Shown here: positions 27,376 to 37,043 of the stretch, piece by piece
How positions within the stretch are numbered: the stretch's first letter is position 1
Layout: each line of letters begins with the position of its first letter
Assembly: GCA_977020255.1 (NCBI GenBank)
Contig: CDROCS010000253.1
Coordinates: 372,001-436,000, forward strand
Direction: 5' to 3'
DNA: 64,000 nt
Origin: Obrimoposthia wandeli
Lineage: Eukaryota
Position numbers and translations under genes: made by a program
The notes under the pieces: model-generated
Database searches by the model: none
Told to the model about the DNA's origin: nothing
Seen by the model: the letters and a program-made list of their open reading frames with translations, nothing else

Positions 27376-29658
27376 ATGACTATTCAATGTTCAAAAAATC
27401 TTATCGCTATAGCCATTGCTTCAGCATTGTCGTTACCTGTTTCAGCAGCTGACAAACAAGAAAGCACTATGGAAGAAGTTACAGTCGTGGCTAAAAAATT
27501 ATCTCATGCCAATCATGTGATTGAGTCATCGATGATCAAACAGCAATCACCTGCGAGTAGCATACTCGCTATTATGGACAACCTGCCCGGCATTAGCATC
27601 AATGAAGGCGATGCTTTTGGTGGTGATGATTGGTCAACATCGATTACGATGCGCGGCTTTACTATTGATGGTAATCAGCAGCAACTTGGCATGACAATTG
27701 ACGGTATCCCAAATGGTGGCTCTAACTATGGTGGCGGCGCTAAAGCAAACCGCTATTTAGACAGTGAAAATATGCGTACCATTGAAGTATCACAAGGAAC
27801 TTCTGATATTTCATCTGCCTCATTAGAAGCGTTGGGAGGTACTTTCAATTTTGTCAGTGCAGATCCTGCTTTTGAAGAAACAACAACATTGGCCTATACC
27901 GATGGCGATCATGATGCCTCACGTTATTTCATTCGTCATGACACCGGACGCATTTTCGATAATACCTACGCTTACGCGAGTTATTCATCCACTTCCACTA
28001 GCCGCTGGGTTGGCGAAGGTTCAAACGGAGGGATGCAAAGAGAGCATGCAGAAGTTAAGTTTATCACTGAGCTGGGTAATTTAAGTATTACCGGCCGTTT
28101 ATCTTATGATGATGCCGATGAAGATAACTACAATTCGGTGAGCTTAGCGCAATTCAATGCAACCCCTGATTGGGATCAATTAACATGGAACTGGACTGGC
28201 ACTCCTCATTTTGATCAAATGTTTGCCGAAGGATGGTCAACCTTACGTGAGAATACTTTGGGTTATGTAAAGTTTGATTATCAACTGTCAGACAACTTCT
28301 CTTTTCAAATTACCCCCTACTTTCATAAAAATAAAGGTCGAGGTGATTGGATACCGCCTTATTTAGTCTCTGCTGTGGATAGTGAAGGCAACCCGACAAA
28401 CGAAGGTGGAGAAATAGGATCGTCTTATGGCTTTACCGATCAAAGTGGTACACCATTAACTCCTGCCGCTGATTGTAAACAAAGCTTTTCTTGGCCATGG
28501 GACTCAGGTTCAGCCTTGCATCCTGGTTGTTACAGTGATGGCGCTGTGCCAGTAATGTCATATCGTCATACCCATTATGAAAAAGATCGTATTGGTTTAA
28601 CCGCAAATGCACAATGGTCTATTGCCATGAACGATATTCAATTTGGTTTATGGGCAGAATCAAATGAACGCAATGAATCGAGAGATTGGCATAAAGTTGT
28701 TGATGCGCGAGTTTATCATCACTTTGATGCAGAACCTTACTGGACACAATATAGCAATGAATTTCAAACCGACACGTTAAAGTTTTACCTACAAGATACG
28801 CTAGATTTTGGCGAGCTTTCACTTAATCTCGGCGTACAAAAATACCTAGTAGATATTGAAAAAGTCGATAATTTTTCAGGACAACAAACAGGTAAAATTA
28901 ACAGTGACTCTGATGTACTCTTTAGCACAGGCGCAATTTATCAACTAAACAGTAACATTGAGTTATTTGCCGGTTACAGTGAAAACTTCTCGGCGATTAA
29001 AGACGGTGTATTAGAGCGAGGTGCCTCTGCCCTTGAAGATATCGAACCAGAAACAGCAGAAAACATTGATCTAGGCCTACGTTATAATAACGAAGATATT
29101 AGTTTCTCTGCGACTTATTACACCATTGATTTTGAAAATAGAATTACCTTCATTGCCCCTGGCAGCGGTACCGATGGCATTGACTACAGTATCGGTACCA
29201 ATGGCTCTTACCTCAATGTGGGTGGTATCGAGTCAGATGGTTTTGAACTCAGTTTGAACTATCGGTTAAACGATCAGTGGAGCTTATATTCATCTTATAC
29301 CAATAATGACTCACGCTATGTGGGTAACGCCCCAGGTTTTACCGCGGGTGATAAAGTTGTAGATTCAGTTGATGATATGTTCGTTTTATCAAGCGATTAC
29401 ACTAAAGGTGACTTCCGTGTTGGTGCATCAGGTAAATATACCGGAGAACGCGGTGATGCACCTTCTTATACCACTTTTGATTTCAATGCAGGTTACTTTG
29501 TTCCCTTTAGTGGACATGCTATTTCATCTATTGATATAGCTTTCGTTATTACCAATATCACCGATGAAAGTTATTTATCAACGGGAACGGGTAATGGCAC
29601 AACCTTCTTTATTGGTGCACCTCGCACCGCATCCATGACTTTTACTGCCAGTTTTTAA
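27376..29658 (+). CDS. TonB-dependent receptor
   Basis: Signal peptide, TonB box EEVTVV, plug NLPGISI...RGF..IDGIP, C-terminal NITDESY...GAPRTASMTFTASF. Confidence 0.95.
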   Translation: MTIQCSKNLIAIAIASALSLPVSAADKQESTMEEVTVVAKKLSHANHVIESSMIKQQSPASSILAIMDNLPGISINEGDAFGGDDWSTSITMRGFTIDGNQQQLGMTIDGIPNGGSNYGGGAKANRYLDSENMRTIEVSQGTSDISSASLEALGGTFNFVSADPAFEETTTLAYTDGDHDASRYFIRHDTGRIFDNTYAYASYSSTSTSRWVGEGSNGGMQREHAEVKFITELGNLSITGRLSYDDADEDNYNSVSLAQFNATPDWDQLTWNWTGTPHFDQMFAEGWSTLRENTLGYVKFDYQLSDNFSFQITPYFHKNKGRGDWIPPYLVSAVDSEGNPTNEGGEIGSSYGFTDQSGTPLTPAADCKQSFSWPWDSGSALHPGCYSDGAVPVMSYRHTHYEKDRIGLTANAQWSIAMNDIQFGLWAESNERNESRDWHKVVDARVYHHFDAEPYWTQYSNEFQTDTLKFYLQDTLDFGELSLNLGVQKYLVDIEKVDNFSGQQTGKINSDSDVLFSTGAIYQLNSNIELFAGYSENFSAIKDGVLERGASALEDIEPETAENIDLGLRYNNEDISFSATYYTIDFENRITFIAPGSGTDGIDYSIGTNGSYLNVGGIESDGFELSLNYRLNDQWSLYSSYTNNDSRYVGNAPGFTAGDKVVDSVDDMFVLSSDYTKGDFRVGASGKYTGERGDAPSYTTFDFNAGYFVPFSGHAISSIDIAFVITNITDESYLSTGTGNGTTFFIGAPRTASMTFTASF

Positions 29659-29685
29659 ATATTAAGACTTACGACATTGGTAACA

Positions 29686-29710
29686 AAGCCAAGTAACTAT
29701 TACTTGGCTT
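29686..29710 (+). terminator. Stem-loop/terminator after TBDR gene
   Basis: AAGCCAAGTAA-cta-TTACTTGGCTT followed by CTTT. Confidence 0.65.
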
Positions 29711-29742
29711 CTTTCATTTACACCATTTGATACGGATCACAC

Positions 29743-30897
29743 ATGTTAAAAACTCTCTCTAAAGTCATGCTATTACTAACCTGCATTACTGGTAACGTTA
29801 GTGCAAAAAATCAGGTCGACGTTGATGCAGCAACGGCTAAGAATTTAGTTTTAGTCACCATTGATGGACTTCGTTGGCAGGAATTATTTTCTGGCGCAGA
29901 GCCTTCGTTACTCAATAATAAAAAATTTGTGCGAGAAGGCCATCACGTTAAGGAAAAATTTTGGCATGAGAATGAAGACAAACGTCGACAATTATTGATG
30001 CCTTTTTTTTGGCACACAGTGGCGAAAGAAGGCATGGTCATTGGTAATCGCACTATCGGCTCCAACATGTCAATTGCTAACCAGTGGAACTTTTCCTACC
30101 CTGGTTATAGTGAGATATTCACTGGTGTTGCTGATCACTCAATAGATAGTAATGAAAAAAAACTAAACCCACAGGTTTCTTTTTTAGAATGGCTTAACAA
30201 TAAAAATGACTACCAAAAAAAACTTGCTGCATTTGGCAGTTGGGATGTATTTCCTTATATTTTAAATAAGAAACGAAGCCAACTTCATATTAACGCAGGA
30301 TTTGATTCAGCCAAAGGTTATGCTTTATCTGATGAAGTAAAGCTATTAAATGAATTACAAAAAGAAGTTCCTAGCCCTTGGCATAATGTTCGCTTAGATA
30401 GTTTCACTTATCGTTACGCTAAAGATTATTTATTAACGGTGAAACCTAAAGTCATGATAATTTCATTGGGTGAAACCGATGACTTTGCTCATGATGGTCA
30501 TTACGACAATTACTTAAACTCTGCGCATCAAACCGATCAGTTTATCGCTGATTTATGGCATACCCTGCAAACAACACCAGGTTATAAAGACAATACCGTC
30601 TTAATGATCACCACAGATCATGGCAGAGGTAGTAATGCCGACGATTGGCAACATCATGCATCAAAGCTAGCCGTACAAAGTTATATGAAAAACCTGAAAG
30701 CGTTTCCAAATGGTATTGTTGGTTCTGAGCATATTTGGTTTGCCGCCATAGGCCCAGGTGTTAATGCGCGAGGTGAAATCAAAACGACACAAGAAGTTAA
30801 ACAAAAACAAATTGCCGCGACAGTGTTAACGTTATTAGGCGAAGATCCAAAAGCGTTTAATCCACAAGCTGGCGCAATTATTAAGGAAATTTTCTAA
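29743..30897 (+). CDS. Exported alkaline-phosphatase-superfamily hydrolase (AlkP/phosphoglyceromutase-like)
   Basis: NLVLVTIDGLRWQE, SYPGYSEI, ETDDFAH, TTDHGRG; signal peptide. Confidence 0.8.
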   Translation: MLKTLSKVMLLLTCITGNVSAKNQVDVDAATAKNLVLVTIDGLRWQELFSGAEPSLLNNKKFVREGHHVKEKFWHENEDKRRQLLMPFFWHTVAKEGMVIGNRTIGSNMSIANQWNFSYPGYSEIFTGVADHSIDSNEKKLNPQVSFLEWLNNKNDYQKKLAAFGSWDVFPYILNKKRSQLHINAGFDSAKGYALSDEVKLLNELQKEVPSPWHNVRLDSFTYRYAKDYLLTVKPKVMIISLGETDDFAHDGHYDNYLNSAHQTDQFIADLWHTLQTTPGYKDNTVLMITTDHGRGSNADDWQHHASKLAVQSYMKNLKAFPNGIVGSEHIWFAAIGPGVNARGEIKTTQEVKQKQIAATVLTLLGEDPKAFNPQAGAIIKEIF

Positions 30898-31988
30898 TGA
30901 AAAAATCATTAATTTCATTACTTTGCTTGGCAAGCTTTAGTCTATGTGTAACCACTCAAGCTGCTCAGTCAAATAAATTAGTTCCGTTAGGATATTCACC
31001 ACAAAAGATTCTTTTTGGCTCATGCTCACATCAAGATAAAGCTATGCCAATCTTAAAGTCCATTAATAAAGAGAACGCTGATTTATTCATTTTTCTAGGT
31101 GATAATATTTATGGTGATACTAAAAACATGCAAGACATGGCCGAAAAATATCAGCGACTAGGTAATAATCCAGATATAAAAGCACTGCGTTTAGCCACCC
31201 CAGCGATTGCCATTTGGGATGATCATGATTTTGGCGAAAATGATGCGGGTGCCGAATACCCACAAAAAGAACAATCAAGAAAGCTGATGTTAGACTTTTG
31301 GCAAGAGCCAAAGAACTCAGCTAGATATACACAAAAAGACGGTATTTATACGGCTTATATGTACGGTGAAGAGCACAATAAAGTACATATAATCTTACCT
31401 GATTTACGTTGGAATAGAGACGCACTCACTAATGTTGGCAAGCTTAATTATCACACAAAACGTAAACCAAAAAATATGGGGCCTTATAGCCCAAACTTAG
31501 CAAAAGATGCTTCAATGTTAGGTGAGAACCAATGGCAGTGGTTAGAAGCTGAATTACAAAAACCATCGAAAATTAAAGTGATTGCGTCAAGTTTACAGTT
31601 ACTCCCTGAATTTACCGGTTGGGAGTCTTGGGCAAATTTTCCTCATGACAGAGAACGCCTTTTTAGCTTAATTAAAAAGTATCAAGTCAATGGCGTTATT
31701 ATCATTAGTGGTGATACCCATTGGGGAGAAATGTCTAAGGTAACAAACAACCTAGACTACCCCTTATGGGAAGTAACAAGCTCAGGTTTAACGGAGGAAT
31801 GGAAAGAAGTAAGCCCTAACAAACATCGTGTAGGAGATTTCATTAATAAAGTAAATTACGGCGAATTACTTATTGATTGGCAGCAAAATGATGCTCAAAT
31901 CACACTGAACTTAAAAGATGTAAATGGCAAAGTATTTAGCCAGAAAAAAATGCCATTGTCTTCGATTAGTCCTTACGATAAAGCGTAG
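30897..31988 (+). CDS. phoD: PhoD-family alkaline phosphatase
   Basis: FGSC, LGDNIYGD, IWDDHDFG, SGDTH, EVTSSG; TAATG overlap with upstream gene. Confidence 0.9.
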   Translation: MKKSLISLLCLASFSLCVTTQAAQSNKLVPLGYSPQKILFGSCSHQDKAMPILKSINKENADLFIFLGDNIYGDTKNMQDMAEKYQRLGNNPDIKALRLATPAIAIWDDHDFGENDAGAEYPQKEQSRKLMLDFWQEPKNSARYTQKDGIYTAYMYGEEHNKVHIILPDLRWNRDALTNVGKLNYHTKRKPKNMGPYSPNLAKDASMLGENQWQWLEAELQKPSKIKVIASSLQLLPEFTGWESWANFPHDRERLFSLIKKYQVNGVIIISGDTHWGEMSKVTNNLDYPLWEVTSSGLTEEWKEVSPNKHRVGDFINKVNYGELLIDWQQNDAQITLNLKDVNGKVFSQKKMPLSSISPYDKA

Positions 31989-31998
31989 ATACAGGCCA

Positions 31999-32065
31999 TT
32001 TAAGCTGAGTTCAGCTTAAACTAATAGTATACGTCAAGGTAGGTGGCCCAAAAGTCACCTACCTT
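31999..32065. terminator. Two stem-loops between convergent operons
   Basis: TTTAAGCTGA-gt-TCAGCTTAAA (31999-32020) and AAGGTAGGTG...CACCTACCTT (32036-32065). Confidence 0.7.
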
Positions 32066-32070
32066 AACGG

Positions 32071-34002
32071 TTAATCCATCTTCATACTTTTCAATAACAC
32101 CGGGCTGTTATATTCAGATACGGTAGACTTTGTATTTAGCCAAAAGCGTCTACGGGTAGCAAAATAAGTAAACAACACAGTCATCACAATAATTTCTATG
32201 CCATTGTGAACTATGTATTGCATCGCCGGTATTATCATATTCGATAACTCTTTCAAATAAGGAGCATTACCGGCTTTCAGTGTTTCAATATCAACTGGCC
32301 CATTTAATGTCATCAATCCGTACTGCACACCTATAATGGCAGCCAATGCAACAATGGCAGTAAGCGGTTTGATAGTCCATTTTTTAGGTTTAGCAAACGC
32401 CCAAAATAAAAAATAAATACTGGCAAAGAGTGTGCCGCCTAAAAATAAATGTTCAAAATTAAATTTATAATTAACGACATTCATCATTGCCCAAAATGTT
32501 GTTAGACCTGCAAACGGAATGGCAAGAGTTATGATGGCTGTAATAACAAACGTTTTAAATTTACCTATCTGTTTCCAATAATACTTACTAACACCTTTAT
32601 GCACTAACCAAAAAGTGAATATCGCAACAGTAATATTTAACCCCTGCTGCATCCTAAAGCTTAGTGCCTGATGCAGTCCAAACAACCGATAATAACCACT
32701 AAAATAAGCTTCAATTACATTACTATAATGCCATATGTTAAAGCGCCCACTCACATCATTGGCAAATCCTGGTAGTAATAACGCAACAAAGGCCGCAAAC
32801 ATAATCAACAAATAGGCATTTTTAAACAAGCCGGTAAACATTTTACTAACAATGCCTTTATTACTCGCTTTTTTCAGTTGAGCTACCAACTCATGATAGT
32901 TCGCAACAACAGCATCTCGAATATCTGTAGACACCCAGTTTTGACTGACTAGATCAAGGGATGTTTTCGTTTCACTGGCTTCAACAATACTTTTTATCGC
33001 CGGTACAGCTAGCACTTCAGTATCGGTTTCTTTATCACCCGAACCTAGCTTTTGACCAATACTCCAAACAGCGGGATCATAAACGCCACCAGCATTATGG
33101 GTTAGATTATTTCGGCCGGCAAATTGTAAGTAGGTACTGCCCCCTTTAACATCGGCTTTAAATTGTAAGGTAGGTAGTATTGCTTTCATCGCATAAAAGA
33201 AAGTACAACCGCCAAAGGTATTACCAGCATCAACTTCTTGAATATCATTCATCGAATAAACAATATTTAATGCTTGGTTTTTAACAAAAGTATCTGACCA
33301 TGAATGATAATCAGTATTTTCAAAGACCCACTTTGTCGAACGTTCTGCGTTGCCGTCAATGGTATAGCTGCAATATAAATAACCGCCACCATTACAAGTA
33401 CTGCAGGTTATTGAACCTGTTCCAGAGCAAGTACCACAACGCGTTTTTCCAGAGCCACTACAGCCACTACAACTTTCTGTTGAGTATACTGTTCGCTCAT
33501 TGTGGTGATCATATTTTTGAACCTCTTTACGTCCCGAGCCACTACATGAACTACATGATTTATCACCGCTGCCGTAACATGAATAACAAGAATTTGAACC
33601 ACTTCCTCCACAATTGTGACAAGGGTCTTTACCGACATACTGCTCAGGCGCTGAGCGTAAATCTTGATTTGCTAAGACAAAATTTTTGGCCACATCATTA
33701 CAAAGGCACTTTCTCATTCGATCATTAAACAGTGGATCTTGACCACTGATATACTTTTTCGCATCACTATGGGCTTGAGCACTTGCTTCTGAGCCTCTAC
33801 CACAATAAACAGTTCCCGATCCCGATGGACTATATGCACCATGATCATGTTTGTTTACAGCAATACTAATAGTCCAACCAAAAGTAAACTTCAAATCAGT
33901 TTGCTTATTTTCCTCTTCACTTAATACAACAGGTACATTAATACCGGTAATTTCTTTACCATTTTTTTGTACAAATGCTTGGTATTTTTCTAAGTTACTC
34001 AT
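32071..34002 (-). CDS. Membrane protein with DnaJ-type CxxCxGxG zinc-finger repeats, no J domain
   Basis: Six CxxCxGxG motifs; multiple C-terminal TM helices; no HPD motif. Confidence 0.85.
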   Translation of the reverse strand: MSNLEKYQAFVQKNGKEITGINVPVVLSEEENKQTDLKFTFGWTISIAVNKHDHGAYSPSGSGTVYCGRGSEASAQAHSDAKKYISGQDPLFNDRMRKCLCNDVAKNFVLANQDLRSAPEQYVGKDPCHNCGGSGSNSCYSCYGSGDKSCSSCSGSGRKEVQKYDHHNERTVYSTESCSGCSGSGKTRCGTCSGTGSITCSTCNGGGYLYCSYTIDGNAERSTKWVFENTDYHSWSDTFVKNQALNIVYSMNDIQEVDAGNTFGGCTFFYAMKAILPTLQFKADVKGGSTYLQFAGRNNLTHNAGGVYDPAVWSIGQKLGSGDKETDTEVLAVPAIKSIVEASETKTSLDLVSQNWVSTDIRDAVVANYHELVAQLKKASNKGIVSKMFTGLFKNAYLLIMFAAFVALLLPGFANDVSGRFNIWHYSNVIEAYFSGYYRLFGLHQALSFRMQQGLNITVAIFTFWLVHKGVSKYYWKQIGKFKTFVITAIITLAIPFAGLTTFWAMMNVVNYKFNFEHLFLGGTLFASIYFLFWAFAKPKKWTIKPLTAIVALAAIIGVQYGLMTLNGPVDIETLKAGNAPYLKELSNMIIPAMQYIVHNGIEIIVMTVLFTYFATRRRFWLNTKSTVSEYNSPVLLKSMKMD

Positions 34003-34014
34003 TATATATTCCTG

Positions 34015-34554
34015 TTACATAACCAAGTTTATATGGCCCTGTTTTAATTCAATAGTTTTCACTTGCGATAAAATGACACCAGATAATTTGTTATCTTTGT
34101 TAATGTCGTATATCGGCATTTTCTCTACATAGTTAACAATATTGTGCTTTACACTAGCAAACATTGCCCCTTTAACTGACCATGCTTGGCCATCGGGAGT
34201 TGTCATCTCGATATGTTCAATATCATATTTTTTAATAAATATTTGTCCTGACTCATTATCTAAATAAGGCACACCAGACATAGTAATAAAACCACTAGCA
34301 AGGGTTATTCGCCCTAAAAAATTTTGCATCTCTACTGTGGCGTTTATGTTTAAATTTATCCGTTCAGCTGTGACTAAAAAACGTGCATTTTTCAAGATTA
34401 AAGACGGTAGTAAAGCCGACTTACCTAACGAGATTTTTTTCCCTTGCCCAATCCAATCTTTTGCTTTGTCATTGATATCATTTTCGCTAATTTGCAAACT
34501 ACTACAGGCAGACAGAAGTAAGGTAAAAAATATCGTAAAAATTATTTTATGCAT
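34015..34554 (-). CDS. Lipoprotein, probably DUF1439/YceB-like
   Basis: LLSA-C lipobox; ISENDIN, SGVPYLDNESGQIFI pattern. Confidence 0.6.
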   Translation of the reverse strand: MHKIIFTIFFTLLLSACSSLQISENDINDKAKDWIGQGKKISLGKSALLPSLILKNARFLVTAERINLNINATVEMQNFLGRITLASGFITMSGVPYLDNESGQIFIKKYDIEHIEMTTPDGQAWSVKGAMFASVKHNIVNYVEKMPIYDINKDNKLSGVILSQVKTIELKQGHINLVM

Positions 34555-34586
34555 AAAAAACTTTCCTTTTAGTACTGAATATCAGC

Positions 34587-37043
34587 TTATAAATTAATCT
34601 TAAAACTACTTTTTTCAGCTTTAAGGTAAACCCACTGTCGAACAGGAGCATAGCCATTTGCTGAAACTTTTATATCGTACGCACCCGCAGGTAACAACAT
34701 ACCCTGTGTGTATTTGGGCTTGATGTTCATAATACTTATTTTGGCCGAATCGATATTGCTTTTTATCGTTAACGGCAGCAATACAGAAGATAACTTTGTG
34801 TTAGCGACTGACTCATCTTTATGTTTGTAAAACCTTAAATCAAAACGACTTATTGGAGCACTTATTTTATCAAAACCGCTGGTTATACTTAAGGTATGAT
34901 CAATAGCTGAGCCAATAGGCTGCACTAAAGGCTGAGTAATAAGTAACCATTTCAATGCAAAAGAAACAGTGGCGGAATCATTTTTTTCCATTTGCTTAAA
35001 GAAATAATTTACCGTTGAGCCTGGCTTAGTAAACTCATTGCTACCCACTAATATAGGCACAATAAAAATTGAGCAGATTAAAGTGAATGAAATAACCGCA
35101 TTAACTATTTTCTTCTGTTTAACAGGTTCTTGTCCTTTAGCCGCCCTTTTTACTTTGACTAATTCTATTGCCTTAATTGGCAGTTTTAATACCGTCAGCA
35201 AAACTAAAAGCAAGCTAATACCCATGGAAATTGGTGGAACAATAATAGCTCGAAGTGCTGATTTCCCTGTAGATTCAAATGCCCCACCATCGGCAAATTC
35301 GGCCATTTGAGCTTTTAAGACTTCAAGATATTCTGCTGTCTTACGTTGTACGTTCACATCAATAACGTTCTTTTTAAATTGCACATTATTCCAGTCGGCA
35401 TACATTGGTTTTACGTATAAATCGCCCATTTTCTGTTTGATTTTATCTTGTACATCCGACTGTAACTGAAATTTTTGCCAAGAAAGGTTTGGTGGCATAC
35501 TGCTCTTTTTAGATTGAATGCCTTTATTCCATTGTCTATCCGCTTCTTGACGTACTTTTTTTTCTACCGCAGAATCAAATTCAGCCCGCTGTAGAAGTGA
35601 CCAATTACTGGCTAGCTGTAGACCTTTTTTTCTCAAACTAGCTTTGACTTTTTTACTCGTTACAGGGTGTATTCTAAACGCATGTACCGAGTTAATGCCC
35701 AGTGGATAACCACCAGACTCTTTTGCAAAATCAGGTGCCATTTTCACCATTAAAACACTTTTATAATGATTCACATCATTGGTATAAACCATACGATGAT
35801 CTTTCAAACCACCATCACCTCCGGTTGCTAGACTTGCCGCTTGCATAGCGGTAAAAATCCCACCGGTAAGCACGCCAGCGAGTACCGAACTCCCAAAGTT
35901 GTCCACTGAACTAATTTCTTCACGGATTAACCAATCATTCGCCGGAATATAAGGTATTTGGTATTTTTTAATTTCTTTATCGTAATACGCGTCATATTTT
36001 GCATAACATTTTGTGCGGTACTTCTTTTTCTTATCGTCGCACTTTTCGCGACGCTCAAAATATTCATATATCTTTGGCGCGATTTTTTGTGCTCTAGATT
36101 CAACTCTCGCCTCATAGGCAATTGTGCCTTGTTGATATTGCCCCCAAGCATCTTTGATTTCATTTTGCACTGCTAACCAATAGTTATCGGCTCTTTTTGG
36201 CGATGAAGCCAGGGCTTGGTTGTAATCGTTGGAGGCTTTAGCATATTCTTTGTATTGACCACGTAAACTAGTTCGAAACTCATCATAATTGCCGTAATAC
36301 TGATCAAACCGAGACATAGCATGATCATTGACGAATTTTTCCATAATACGGTGTTTGCGCTTTTCTAAAGAACCAACCACTTTATCATCAGCAAAGACTA
36401 GACCACCAAAAATAGATAAAAAGGCTTTTTCTAGTGCAGTATGCTCTTCATTAGGATCATAGCTTATCCCTTCAAATTCAACTGAGCGTTGAATAAGCGC
36501 ACTACGAATAATTTGCGATAAATAAGCTTGTTGGCGATCCTCAGCTGATGATGTATCTACAATGAAATGATCGACCAACCATTTTTGACCAAAAAAAACT
36601 GTTGGCCAAACAAGTACAGCAATCAATAAAAACAAACCAAAGGCTTTGCCTATTTTTGCCACATGTTTGCCTTTTAATAACATGTCAGTCAATAACAGGG
36701 TCACCCCAATACCACTGATGGTACGACCAAATAATTCAACTGCTCTTAAGTCTTCTTCGGTTGAGCTTTTACCTCCAGCGACATCAGTTAAAGCAGCATT
36801 AAAAACAGCTTCAGGAAACAAGTAAATCACCGAACAGATAAACATAAACACCATCCACCAAAAGGGTTTTCCCACCATGGCAATTTGTGCTTGTACTGCT
36901 TCCTGTTTTTCCGTTTTCTTTTGTTTTTTTTGCTGCTGAGATTGTACTTTTTTAAGTTCTTTTTCTGCTGCTTGCATTTTTATTTGTGTCGGCGCACTAC
37001 TGAGTAAACTTTCAGCAAAAGGGCTTATTTTATTGTCGGTCAT
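34587..37043 (-). CDS. Large inner-membrane protein of unknown function with extracytoplasmic helical region and C-terminal PEGA-like domain
   Basis: Several TM helices at both ends; C-terminal LTIKSNIDSAKISIMNIKPKY...GAYDIKVSANGY. Confidence 0.75.
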   Translation of the reverse strand: MTDNKISPFAESLLSSAPTQIKMQAAEKELKKVQSQQQKKQKKTEKQEAVQAQIAMVGKPFWWMVFMFICSVIYLFPEAVFNAALTDVAGGKSSTEEDLRAVELFGRTISGIGVTLLLTDMLLKGKHVAKIGKAFGLFLLIAVLVWPTVFFGQKWLVDHFIVDTSSAEDRQQAYLSQIIRSALIQRSVEFEGISYDPNEEHTALEKAFLSIFGGLVFADDKVVGSLEKRKHRIMEKFVNDHAMSRFDQYYGNYDEFRTSLRGQYKEYAKASNDYNQALASSPKRADNYWLAVQNEIKDAWGQYQQGTIAYEARVESRAQKIAPKIYEYFERREKCDDKKKKYRTKCYAKYDAYYDKEIKKYQIPYIPANDWLIREEISSVDNFGSSVLAGVLTGGIFTAMQAASLATGGDGGLKDHRMVYTNDVNHYKSVLMVKMAPDFAKESGGYPLGINSVHAFRIHPVTSKKVKASLRKKGLQLASNWSLLQRAEFDSAVEKKVRQEADRQWNKGIQSKKSSMPPNLSWQKFQLQSDVQDKIKQKMGDLYVKPMYADWNNVQFKKNVIDVNVQRKTAEYLEVLKAQMAEFADGGAFESTGKSALRAIIVPPISMGISLLLVLLTVLKLPIKAIELVKVKRAAKGQEPVKQKKIVNAVISFTLICSIFIVPILVGSNEFTKPGSTVNYFFKQMEKNDSATVSFALKWLLITQPLVQPIGSAIDHTLSITSGFDKISAPISRFDLRFYKHKDESVANTKLSSVLLPLTIKSNIDSAKISIMNIKPKYTQGMLLPAGAYDIKVSANGYAPVRQWVYLKAEKSSFKINL

